DNA of 64,000 nucleotides from Squalus acanthias (Eukaryota). Below the pieces are notes generated by a model, which saw only the letters and a program-made list of their open reading frames with translations, made no database searches and was not told the origin of the DNA. Each line of letters starts with the position of its first letter. Position 1 is the stretch's first letter. Of the stretch, positions 39,601 to 53,600 are shown in pieces. The stretch is taken from assembly GCA_030390025.1 (NCBI GenBank), contig CM059432.1, positions 74,712,001-74,776,000 on the forward strand, read 5' to 3'. Made by a program: the position numbers and the translations under genes.

Positions 39601-42600
39601 GGGATCAATAAAAGGGATCAGTACAAGGGATCAGTACAAGGGCTCAATACAAGGAATCAATACAAGGGATCAGTACAAGGGATCAATACGAAGGACTAAT
39701 AGAATGGATCAATACAAGGGATCAATAAAAGGGATCAGTACAAGGGGATCAATACAAAGAATCAATACAACAGATCAATAGAAGGGATCAATAAAAGGGA
39801 TCAATACAAGAGATCAATAGAAGGGATCAATACAAGGGATCAATACAAGGGACCAGTACAAGGGATCAATACAAGGGATCAATAGAAGGGATCAATACAA
39901 AGGATTACTAGAAAGGATTAATACAAGGGATCAGTACAAGGGATCAGTACAATTAATCAGTACAATGGATTAATACAAGGGATCAATACAATGGATCAAT
40001 AGAAGGGATCAATACAAAGTATTAATAGAAGGGATCAAAATAAGGGATCAGTACAAGTGAATCAATGAAAGGAAACAATACAACCGGTAAATATAAGGGA
40101 TCAATAGAAGGGATCAATAAAAGGGATCAGTTCAAGGGGATCAATACAATTGATCAGTACAAGGGATCAATACAAGGGACCAGTACAAGGGATCAATACA
40201 AGGGATCAGTACAAGGGCATCAATACAAGGATCAATACAACAGATCAATAGAAGGGATCAACAGAAGTGATCAATAGAAGGGATCAATAGAAGGGATCAA
40301 TAGAAGGGATCAATACAAGGGATCAATAGAAGGGATTAATACAAGGGATCTATACAAGGGATCAATAGAAGGGATCAATAGTAGGGATCAATAGAAGGGA
40401 TCAATACAAAGGATTAATAGAAGGGATTAATATAAGGGATTAGTACAAGTGATCAATACAATTAATCAGTACAAGGGATTAATACAAGTGATCAATACAA
40501 GGGAACACATGAAGTAATCAATACAAGGTATTAATAGAAGGGACCAATATAAGGGATCAGTACAAGTGGATCAATGAAAGGAAACAATACGACGGATAAA
40601 TATAAGGGATTTATAGAAGGGATCAATACAAGGGATCAATAGTAAAGGATCAATAGAAGGGATCAATACAAGGGATCAATACAAGGGATCAGTACAAGGG
40701 ATCAGTACAAGGGATCAATAAAAGGGATCAGTACAAGCGATCAGTACAAGGGATCAATACAAGGAATCAATAAAAGGAATCAATACAAGGGATCAGTACA
40801 AGGGATCAATACGAAGGACTAATAGAATGGATCAATACAAGGGATCAATAAAATGGATCAGTACAAGGGGATCAATACAAAGAATCAATACAACAGATCA
40901 ATAGAAGCGATCAATAGAAGGGATCAATACAAGAGATCAATAGAAGGGATCAATACAAGGGATCAGTACAAGGGATCAGTACAATTAATCAGTACAAGGG
41001 ATTAATACAAGGGATCAATACAATGGATCAATAGAAGGGATCAATACAAAGTATTAATAGAAGGGATCAAAATAAGGGATCAGTACAAGTGAATCAATGA
41101 AAGGAAACAATACAACCTGATAAATATAAGGGATTAATACAAGGGATCAGTACAAGGGATCAGTAAAAGTGATCAATACTAGCAATCAGTACAAGGGATC
41201 AATATATGTGATCAATATAAGGGATCAATACAAGGGATCAGTACAAGTGGATCAGTACAAGGGATTAGTACAAGATATCAGAACAAGGGATCAATACAAC
41301 AGATCAATACAACGGATTAATAGAAGGGATCAATAGAAGGGATCAGTACAAGGGATCAGTACAAGGAGATCAGTACAAGGGATCAGTAAAAGGGATCAAT
41401 ACCAGCGATCAGTACAAGGGATCAATAGAAGGGATCAATACAAGGGATCAATACAATGGATCAATACAATGGATCAATACAAGGGATTAATACAAGGGAT
41501 TAGTTCAAGGGATCAATACTAGGGATCATTGGAAGGGACCAATACAAGGGATCCATACGAGTGATCAATATAAGGGATCAGGACAAAGGATCATTACAAG
41601 AGATCAATAGAATGGATCAATACATGGGATCAGGAAATGGGATGAGGACAATGGATCAGGACAGTGGGTCAATAGAAGGGATCAATTCAAGGGTCCAGTT
41701 CAACGGATCAATACAAGCGTTCAGTACAAGAGATCAATAGAAGTGATCAATGCAAGGGATCAATAAAAGGGACCAATACAAGCGATCAATACAAGTGATC
41801 AATACAAGAGATCAGTACAAGGGATCAATAGAATGGATCAATAAAAGGAATCAATAGAAGGGATAAATACAAGGCATCAATCTAAGGGATCAATACAAGG
41901 GATCAGTACAAGGGATCAGTACCAGGGATCAGTAAAAGGGATCAATACTAGCGATCAGTACAAGAGATCAATACAAGGGATCAATATAAGGGATCAATAC
42001 AAGGGATCAGTACAAGGGATCAGTAAAAGGGATCAATACTAGTGATCAGTACAACGGAGCAATACAAGGGATCAATATAAGGGATCAATACTAGGGATCA
42101 GTACAAGGGGATCAATACAAGGGATCAGTACAAGGGGATCTGTACAAGGGATCAGTACAAGGGACCAGTACAAGGGGATCTGTACAAGACATCAGTACAA
42201 TATATCAGAACAAGGGATCAATACAAGGGTTCAATAGAAGGGACAAATATAAGGGATCAATATGAGTGATCAATACGAGGGATCCATACAAGGGATCAAT
42301 AGAATGGATAAATACAAGGGATCAGGACAGGGCATGAGGACAATGGATCAGGACAGTGGATCAATACAAGGGATCAATACAAGGGTTCAGTACAAGGGAT
42401 CAATACAAGGGATCAATAGAAGGGATAAATACAAGGGATCAGGACAAAGGATGAATACAAGGGATCAATAAAATGGATGTATACAAGGGATCAGGACAGG
42501 GGATCAGGACAGGGGATAAGAACAAGGGATCAATACAATGGATTAATAGAAGGGATCAATACAAGTGATCAGTACAAGGGATCAGTTCAAGGGACTAATA

Positions 42601-45600
42601 CAAGGGATCAATACAAGGGATCAATCTAAGGGATCAATACAAGGGATCAGTACAAGTGAATCAGTACAAGGAATCAGTAAAAGGGATCAATACTAGCAAT
42701 CAGTACAAGGGAGCAATACAAGGGATCAATATAAGGGATCAGTACAAGGGATCAGTACAATGGGATCAGTACAAGGGCTCAGTGAAAGGGATCAATATTA
42801 GCGATCAGTACAAGGGATCAATACAAGGGATCAATATAAGGGATCAATACAAGAGATCAGTACAAGGGGATCAGTACAAGGGATCAGTACAAAGGGATCA
42901 GTACAAGGGATCAGTACAAGGGATCAGTACAAGGGGATCTGTACAAGACATCAGTACAATATATCAGAACAAGGGATCAATACAAGGGATCAATACAAGA
43001 GTTCAATAGAAGGGACAAATATAAGGAATCTATATGAGTGATCAATACGAGGGATCCATACAAGGGATCAATAGAATGGATAAATACAAGGGATCAGGAC
43101 CGGGCATGAGGACAATGGATCAGGACAGTGGATCAATAGAAGGGATCAATACAATGGATCAATAAAAATGGATCAATACAAGTAGTCAGTACAAGGGATC
43201 AGTTCAAGGTACTAATACAAGGTATCAATCTAAGGGATTAATACAGGGGTTCAGTACAAGGGGATCAATACAAGGGATCAGTACAAGGGATCAGGACAAG
43301 GGGATCAATTCAAGGGATCAGTACAAGGGATCAATACAAGGGATCAATAAAAGGGATCAATACGAGGGATCAGTACAAGGGGAGCAATACAAGGGATCAG
43401 TACAAGGGATCAATACAAGGGATCAATAAAAGGGATCAATACAAGGGATCAGGACAGGGGATCAGGACAGAGGATAAGAACAAGGGATCAATACAAGGGA
43501 TCAATAAAAGGGATCAGTACAAGATATCAATACAAGGGATCAATAAAAAGGGATCAATCTAAGGGATCAATACAAGGGATCAGTAGAAGGGGATCAGTAC
43601 AAGGCATCAGTAAAAGGGATCAATACTAGCGATCAGTTCAAGAGATCAATACAAGGGATCAATATAAGGGATCAATACAAGGGATCAGTACAAGGGGATC
43701 AGTACAAGGGATCAGTAAAAGGGATCAATACTAGCAATCAGTACAAGGGATCAATAGAAGGGAACAATTCAAGGGATCAATACAACGGATCAATACAATG
43801 GATCAATAGAAGGGATCAATACAAGGAATCAATACAAGGGATCATTGGAAGGGACCAATATAAGGGATCAATATGAGTGATCAATACAAGGGATCAGGAC
43901 AAATGATCATTACAAGAGATCAATAGAATGGATCAATACATGGGATCAGGACAGGGGATGAGGACAATGGATCAGGACAGTGGATCAATAGAAGGGATAA
44001 ATTCAAGGGTCTAGTTCAACGGATCAATACAAGCATTCAGTACAAGAGATCAATAAAAGTGATCAATACAAGGGATCAATAAAAGGGACCAATACATGCG
44101 ATCAATACAAGGGATCAATACAGGGGATGAGGACAATGGTTCAGGACAGCGGATCAATAGAAGGGATCAATTCAAGGGTCCAGTTCAACGGATCAATACA
44201 AGCGTTCAGTACAAGAGATCAATAGAAGTGATCAATACAAGGGATCAATAAAAGGGACCAATACAAGCGATCAATACAAGTGATCAATACAAAGGATCAG
44301 TGCAAGGGATCAATAGAATGGATCAATACAAGGGATCAATAAAAGGGATGAATACAAGGGATCAGGACAGGGGATAAGAACAAGGGATCAATACAATGGA
44401 TTAATAGAAGGGATCAATACAAGTGATCAGTACAAGGGATCAGTTCAAGGGACTAATACAAGGGATCAATACAAGGGATCAATCTAAGGGATCAATACAA
44501 GGGATCAGTACAAGGGATCAGTACAAGATATCAATATAAGGGATCAATAAAAAGGGATCAATCTAAGGGAACAATACAAGGGATCAGTACAAGTGTATCA
44601 GTACAAGGGATCAGTAAAAGGGATCAATACTAGCGATCAGTACAAGGGATCAATACAAGGGATCAATATAAGGGATCAATACAAGGGATCAGTACAAGGG
44701 ATCAGTACAAGGGGATCTGTACAAGACATCAGTACAATATATCAGAACAAGGGATGAATACAAGGGATCAATACAAGGGTTCAATAGAAGGGACACATAT
44801 AAGGGATCTATATGAGTGATCAATACGAGGGATCCATACAAGGGATCAATAGAATGGATAAATACAGGGATCAGGACAGGGCATGAGGATAATGGATCAG
44901 GACAGTGGATCAATAGAAGGGTTCAATACAAGGGTTCAGTACAAGGGATCAATACAAGGAATCAATAGAAGGGATAAATACAAGGGATCAGGACAGGGGA
45001 TCAGGACAAGGGATCAGGACAAGGGATCAGTACAAGGGATCAATACAAGGGATCAATAAAAGGGATGAATACAAGGGATCAGTACAAGGGATCAGTTCAA
45101 GGGACTAATACAAGGGATCAATACAAGGGATCAATCTAAGGGATCAATACAAGGGATCAGTACAAGGGATCAGTACAAGATATCAATACAAGGGATCAAT
45201 AAAAAGGGATCAATCTAAGGGATCAATACAAGGGATCAGTAGAAGGGGATCAGTACAAGGGATCAATACAAGGAATCAATAGAAGGGATAAATACAAGGG
45301 ATCAGGACAGGGGATCAGGACAAGGGATCAGGACAAGGGATCAGGACAAGGAATCAGTACAAGGGATCAATACAAGGGATCAATAAAAGGGATGAATACA
45401 AGGGATCAGTATAAGGGATCAGTTCAAGGGACTAATACAAGGGATCAATACAAGGGATCAATCTAAGGGATCAATACAAGGGATCAGTACAAGGGATCAG
45501 TACAAGATATCAATACAAGGGATCAATAAAAAGGGATCAATCTAAGGGATCAATACAAGGGATCAGTAGAAGGGGATCAGTACAAGGGATCAGTAAAAGG

Positions 45601-48600
45601 GATCAATACTAGCGATCAGTACAAGAGATCAATACAAGGGATCAATATAAGGGATCAATACAAGGGATCTATACAAGTGGATCAGTACAAGGGATCAGTA
45701 AAAGGGATCAATACTAGCAATCAGTACAAGGGATCAATAGAAGGGAACAATTCAAGGGATCAATACAACGGATCAATACAACGGATCAATAGAAGGGATC
45801 AATACAAGGAATCAATACAAGGGATCATTGGAAGGGACCAATACAAGGGATCAGGACAAAGAATCATTACAAGAGATCAATATGAGTGATCAATTCAAGG
45901 GATCAGGACAAAGGATCAATACAAGAGATCAATAGAATGGATCAATACATGGGATCAGGACAGGGGATGAGGACAATGGATCAGGACAGTGGATCAAAAG
46001 AAGGGATCAATACAAGGGTTCAGTACAAGGGATCAATACAAGGGATCAACAAAATGGATCAATACAAGGGATCAATAGAAGGGAACAATACAAGGGATCA
46101 GGACAAAAGATCAATACAAGGGATCAATACGAGTGATCAATACAAGGGATCAGGACAAAGGATCAATACAAGAGATGAATAGAATGGACCGATACAATGG
46201 ATCAGGACAGCGGAGCAATAGAAGTTTCAATACAAGGGTTCAGTACAAGGGAGCAATACAAGGGATCAATAGAAGGGATAAATACAAGGGACCAGGACAG
46301 GGGATCAGGCCAGGGGATAAGGACAAGGGATCAATACAAGTGATCAATACAATGGATTAATAGACTGGATCAATACAACAGATCAATAGAAGGGATAAAT
46401 ACAAGGGATCAGGACAGGGGATCATGACAATGGATGAGGACAAGGGATCAATGCAAGGGATCAATACAAGGGATCAGTACAAGAGATCAATAGAAATAAT
46501 CAATACAAGGGAGCAGTACAAGGGATTAATAGAAGGAATCAATACAAGGGAACAATACAAGGGATCTGGACAGGGGATCAATACATAGAACAGTACAAGG
46601 GATCAGTACAAGGGATCAATGCAAGTGATCAATAAAAAGGGATCAATACAAGGGATCAGTACAAGGGAGCAATACAGGGGATCAATACAAGAGATCAATA
46701 CAGGGGATCAATACGAGGGATCAATAAAAAGGGATCAATACAAATGATCAGTACAAGGGATCAGTTCAAGGGACTAATACAAGGGATCAATCCAAGGGTT
46801 CAATACAAGGGATCAGTACAAAGGGAACAATGCAATGGATCAATAGAAGGAATCAATACAAGGGATCAATACAAGGTATCATTGGAAGAGAACAATAAAA
46901 GGGATCAATACAAGTAATCAATACATAGGATCAGTACAAGAGATCAATACAAGTGATCAATTGAATGGAAAATACAAGTGATCAGGACAGGGGATGAGGA
47001 CAATGGATCAGGACAGGGATCAATAGTAGTTTCAATACTAGGGTTCAGTACAAGGGATAAATACAAGTAATCAATAGAAGGGATCAATAGAAGGGATAAA
47101 TACAAGGGATCAGGACAGTGGATCAGGACAGGGGATAAGGACAAGGGATCAATACAATGGATTAATAGAAGGGATAAATACAAGGGATAGGAAAGGGGAT
47201 CAGGACAAGGGATCAGGAGAAGGGATCAATACAAGGGATCAATACAATTGATCAGTACAGGAGATCAGGACAAGGGATCAGGACAAGGGATCAATACAAA
47301 GGATCAGTACATGGGATCAATACAAGGGATCAATACAAGAGATCAATACAAGGGATCAATACAAGGAATCAATAAAAAGGGTTCAATACAAGTGATCAGT
47401 ACAAGGGATCAATACAAGGGATTAATTGAAGGGATAAATACAAGTAGCAGGACAGGGGATCAGGACAAGGGATCAGTACAAGGGATTAATTGAAGGGATA
47501 AATACAAGTAGCAGGACAAGGGATCAATACAGGGGAACAACACAAGGGATTAATAGAAGGGATCAATACAAGGGATCAATACAAGGGATCAATAAAAGGG
47601 ATTCATAGAAGGGATAAATACAAGGGATCAGGACAGAGGATCAGGACAAGGGTCAGGACAAGGGATAAATACAAGGGATCAATACAATAGATTAATAGAA
47701 GGGATCAATAGAAGGGATAAATACAAGGGATCAGGAAAGGGGATCAGGACAAGGGATCAGGAGAAGGGATCAATACAAGGGATCAGTACAGGGGATCAAT
47801 ACAAGGGATTAATAGAAGGGATCATTATATGGGATCAGTGCAAGAGATCAATACAGGGGATCAATACAAGGGATCAATACAAGGGATCAATACAATGGAT
47901 CAGTACAGGGGATTAGGACAACGGATCAGTACACGAGATCAATACAAGAGATCAATACAAGGGATCAATACAAGGAATCAATAAAAATGGTTCAATACAA
48001 GTGATCAGTACAAGCGATCAATACAAGGGATCAATAGAACGGATAAATACAAGGGAGCAGGACAGCGTATCAGGACAAGGGATCAGGAGAAGGGATCAAT
48101 ACAAGGGATTAAGACAATGAATTAATAAAAGGATCAATACAAGGGATCAATACAAGGGATCAGTACAAGAGATGAACAGAAAGAATCAATACAAGGGCTC
48201 AGTACAAGGGATCAGTACAAGGGATCAATACAAGTGATCAGTACAAGGGATCAGTTCAAGAGATCAATACAAGGGATCAATAAAAAGGGATCAATACAAG
48301 TGATCAGAACAAGGGATCAATTCAAGGGACTAGTACAAGGGCTCAATCTAAGGGATCAATACAAGGGAGCAGTACAAGGGGATCACTATAACGGATCAAC
48401 AGAAGGGATCAATAAAACGTATCATTAGAAGAGAACAATAAAAGGGATCAGTACAAGTGTTCAATACAAGGGATCAGTACCAGGGATCAAGAAGGGATCA
48501 ATAGAAGGGATGAATACAAGGGATCAGGACAGGGGATCAGGATAGGGGATAAGGACAAGGGATCAATACAATGGATTAATAGAAGGGATCAATACAAGGG

Positions 48601-49901
48601 AACAATAGAAGGGATAAATACAAGGGATCAGGACATGGGATCAGGACAAGGGATCAGGACAAGGGATCAATATAAGGGATTAATAGAAGGGATAAATATA
48701 AGGGATCAGTACAAAGGGATCAGTACAAGGGATCAGTACAAGGGATCAATACAAGGGATCAATAGAAGGGATAAATACAAGGGATCAGGACAGCGGATCA
48801 ATACAAGGGATGAGAACAAGGGATCAATAAAAGTGATCAATATTATGGATAAATACAAGGGATCAGGACAGGTGATCAGAATAGGGGATCAGGAGTAGGG
48901 ATCAACACAAGGGATCAATACAACGGATCAATACAAGGGATCAGTACAAGAGATCAATAGAAAGAATCAATACAAGGGATCGGTACAAGGGATTAATAGA
49001 AGGAATCAATACAAGGGATCAATACAAGGGATCAGGACAGGGGATCAATACAAGGAATCAGAACAAGGGTTCAATACATAGAACAGTACAAGGGACCAGT
49101 AGAAGGGATCAGTACAAGGGATCAATACCAGGGATCAATACAAGGGATCAATAGAAGGGATAAATACAAGGGATCAGGACAGCGGATCAATACAAGGGAT
49201 GAGAACAAGGTATCAATAAAAGTGATCAATAGAATGGATAAATACAAGGGATCAGGACAGGTGATCAGAATAGGGGATCAGGAGTAGGGATCAACACAAG
49301 GGATCAATACAATGGATCAATACAAGGGATCAGTACAAGAGATCAATACATAGAACAGTACAAGGGACCAGTAGAAGGGATCAGTACAAGGGATCAGTTC
49401 AAGGGACTAATACAAGGGATCAATACACGGGATCAGTACAAGGGGATCAATACAACGGATCAATAGAAGGGATTAATACAAGGTATCATTAGAAGAGAAC
49501 AATAAAAGGGATCAATATGAGTTATCAATACAAGGGATCAGTACAAGGGGTCAATACAAGTGATCAATAGAATGCATAAATACAAGGGATCAGGACAGGG
49601 GTTGAGGACAATGGATCAGGACAGCGGATCATTAGACGTTTCAATACAAGGTTTCAGTACAAGGGATCAATAGAAGGGATCAATAGAAGGGATCAATAGA
49701 AGGGATCAATAGAAGGGATCAATAGAAGGGATCAGGACAGGGGATAAGGACAAGAGATCAATACAATGGATTAATAGAAGGGTTCAATACAAAGGATCAA
49801 TAGAAAGGATATATACGAGGGATCAGGACAGGGGATCAGGACAAGGGATCAGGTCAAGGGATCAAGACAAGGGATCAATAAAAAGGGATCAATACAAGTG
49901 A
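18612..49901 (+). repeat. 13-bp tandem satellite, central array with ~0.6-0.9 kb, ~2.5 kb and ~6.1 kb higher-order repeats
   Basis: Same 13-mer in the same orientation; diagnostic variant strings recur (e.g. ATGAAAGGAAACAAT at 26979, 29481, 33147, 35599, 38209). Confidence 0.98.
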
Positions 49902-50645
49902 AAAGGGGAAGTGCAACGAGACCTGGTTGTCCTTGTGCACCAGTCGCTGAAGGTAAGCATTCACGTGCAGCAGGCGGTTAAGAAGGCAAATGGTATGTTG
50001 GCCTTCATAGATAGAGGATTCGAGTACTGGAGCAAGGATGTCTTGCTGCAGTTGTACATGGCCTTGGTGAGACCACATCTTGAGTATTGTGTGCAGTTTT
50101 GGTCGCCTTATCTGAGGAAGGATGTTCTTGCCATGGAGGGAGTGTAGCGAAGGTTCACCAGACTGATATCTGGGATGGCAGGAATGACGTATGAAGAGAG
50201 ATTGGGTCAATTAGGCTTATATTCGCGAGAGTTTAGAAGAATGAGAGGGGATCTCATTGAAACTTATAAAATTCTAACAGGACTGGACAGACTAGATGCA
50301 GGAAGGATGTTCCCGATGGCGGGGGAGTCCAGAACCAGGGGTCACAGTCTAAGGATAAGGGGTAAGCCATTTAGGACGGAGATGAGGAGAAATTTCATCA
50401 TCCAGAGAGTGGTGAACCTGTGGAATTCTCTACCACAGAAGGCAGTTGAGGCCAATTCATTAAATATATTCAAGAAGGAGTTAGATATATTTCTTAAGGC
50501 TAAAGGGATCAAGGGATATGGGGAGAAAGCAGGGACAGGGTACTGAATTTGGATGATCAGCCATGATCTCATTAAATGGCGGATCAAGCTCGAGGGGCTG
50601 AATGGCCTACTCCTTCTCCTATCTTCTATGCTTCTATGTTTCTAT
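49902..50645 (+). mobile_element. 5'-truncated CR1 LINE (~745 bp, ORF2 C-terminus + 3' UTR), different subfamily from 14077-18611
   Basis: Translates as VQRDLVVLVH...RPHLEYCVQFWSP...KGIKGYGEKAGTGY in one frame with a single TAG at 50145-50147 (Q in the full-length copy). 3' UTR GATCAGCCATGATC...GGCCTACTCC and tail CTTCTATG CTTCTATG TTTCTAT. About 21 differences in the first 78 aa versus the full-length ORF2. Confidence 0.96.
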
Positions 50646-53600
50646 CAGTACAAGGGAACAGTTCAAGAGATCAATACAAGGGATCAATAAAAAGGGATTA
50701 TACAAGTGATCAGTACAAGGGATCATTCAAGGGACTAATACAAGTGATCAATCTAAGGGATTAATATAAGGGATCAGTACAAGGGGATCAATATAATGGA
50801 TCAATAGAAGGGATCAATACAAGGGATCAATACAAGGTATCATTAGAAGAGAACACAAAAAGGGAGCAATACGAGTGATCAATACAAGGGATCAGTACAA
50901 GGGATCAAGAAGGGATCAATAAAAAGAACAATTACAAGGGATCAGGACAGGGGATAAGGACAACGGATCAATATAATGGATTAATAGAAGGGATCAATAC
51001 AAGGGACCAGGACAGGGGATCAGGACAAGAGATCAGGACAAGGGATCAATACAAGGGATTAATAGAAGGGATCAATACAAGGGATCAGTACAAGGGATCA
51101 ATTGAAGGGATAAATATAAGGGATCAATTCAAGGGACCAGTACAAGGGATCAATACAGGGGATCAATACAAGGGATCAATAGAAGGGATAAATACAAGTG
51201 ATCAGGACAGAGGATCAGGACAAGGGTCAGGACAAGGGATCAATACAAGGGATAAATAGAAGGGATCAATACAAGGGATCAATACAAGGGATCAATAGAA
51301 GGGATAAATACAAGGGATCAGGAAAGGGGATCAGGACAAGGGATCAGGAGAAGGGATCAATTCAAGGGATCAGTACAGGGGATCAATACAAGGGATTAAT
51401 ACAAGGGATCAGAACAAGGGATCAATACATAGAACAGTACAAGGGATCAATACAAGGAGTTAATAGAAGGGATCATTATAAGGGATCAGTACAAGAGATC
51501 ATTAGAAGGGATCATACAAGGGATCAATACAAGGGATAAATACAAGGGATCAATACAAGGAATCAATAAAAATGGTTCAATACAAGTGATCAGTACAAGC
51601 GATCAATACAAGGGATGAATAGAACGGATAAATACAAGGGAGCAGGACAGGGGATCAGGACAAGGGTTCAGGACAAGGGATCAATACAAGGGATCAAGAC
51701 AATGAATTCATAAAAGGATCAATACAAGGGATCAATACAAGGGATCAGTACAAGGGATCAATAGAAGGAAGCAATGCAAGGGATTAATAGAATGGATCAA
51801 TACAAGGGATCAGTACAAGGAATGAATACAAGGGATCAGGACAGGGGATCAATACAAGGGATGAGAACAAGGGATCAATAAAAGTGATCAATAGAATGGA
51901 TAAACACAAGGGATCAGGACAGGTGATCAAAATAGGGGATCAGGAGTAGGGATCAACACAAGGGATCAAGACAATGGATTAATAGAAGGGATCAGTACAA
52001 GAGATCAATAGAAAGAATCAATACAAGGGATCAGTACAAGGGATTAATAGAAGGAATCAATACAAGGGATCAATACAAGGGATCAGGACAGGGGATCAAT
52101 ACAAGGAATCAGAACAAGGGTTCAATACATAGAACAGTACAAGGGACCAGTACAAGGGATCAGTACAAGGGATCAATACAAGTGATCAGTACAAGGGATC
52201 AGTTCAAGGGACTAATAAAAGGGATCAATAAACTGGATCAGTACAAGGGGATCAATACAACGGATCAATAGAAGGGATCAATACAAGGTATCATTACAAG
52301 AGAACAATAAAAGGGATCAATATGAGAGATCAATACAAGTGATCAGTACAAGCGATCAATACAAGGGATCAATAGAACGGATAAATACAAGGGAGCAAGA
52401 CAGGGGATCAGGACAAGGGTTCAGGACAAGGGATCAATACAAGGGATCAAGACAATGAATTAATAAAAGGATCAATACAAGGGATCAATACAAGGGATCA
52501 GTACAAGGGATCAATAGAAGGAATCAATGCAAGGGATTAATAGAATGGATCAATACAAGGGATCAGTACAAGGAATGAATACAAGGGATCAGGACAGGGG
52601 ATCAATACAAGGGATGAGAACAAGGGATCAATAAAAGTGATCAATAGAATGGATAAACACAAGGGATCAGGACAGGTGATCAAAATAGGGGATCAGGAGT
52701 AGGGATCAACACAAGGGATCAAGACAATGGATTAATAGAAGGGATCAGTACAAGAGATCAATAGAAAGAATCAATACAAGGGATCAGTACAAGGGATTAA
52801 TAGAAGGAATCAATACAAGGGATCAATACAAGGGATCAGGACAGGGGATCAATACAAGGAATCAGAACAAGGGTTCAATACATAGAACAGTACAAGGGAC
52901 CAGTAGAAGGGATCAGTACAAGGGATCAATACAAGTGATCAGTACAAGGGATCAGTTCAAGGGACTAATACAAGGGATCAATACACGGGATCAGTACAAG
53001 GGGATCAATACAACGGATCAATAGAAGGGATCAATACAAGGTATCATTAGAAGAGAACAATAAAAGGGATCAATATGAGAGATCAATACAAGTGATCAGT
53101 ACAAGGGATCAGTTCAAGAGATCAATACAAGGGATCAGGACAGGGGTTGAGGACAATGGATCAGGACAGCGGATCAGGAGAAGTTTTAATACAAGGGTTC
53201 AGTACAAGGGATCAATAGAAGGGATCAATACAAGGGATCAGGACAGGGGATATGGACAAGGGATCAATACAAGGGATCAATAAAATGGATTAATAGAAGG
53301 GATCAATATAAAGGATCAATAGAAGGGATAAATAGAAGGGATCAGAACAGGGGATTAGGACAAGGGATCAGGACAAGGGATCAATACAAGGGATCAGGAC
53401 AAGGGATCAATACAAGGGATCAAGACAAGGGATCAATACAAGAGATCAATAAAAAGGGATCAATACAAGTGATCTGTACAAGGGATCAGTTCAAGAGATC
53501 AATACAAGGGATCAATAAAAAGGGATCAATACAAGTGATCAGTACAAGGGATCAGTTCAAGGGACTAATACAAGGGATCAATCTATGGGATCAATACAAG

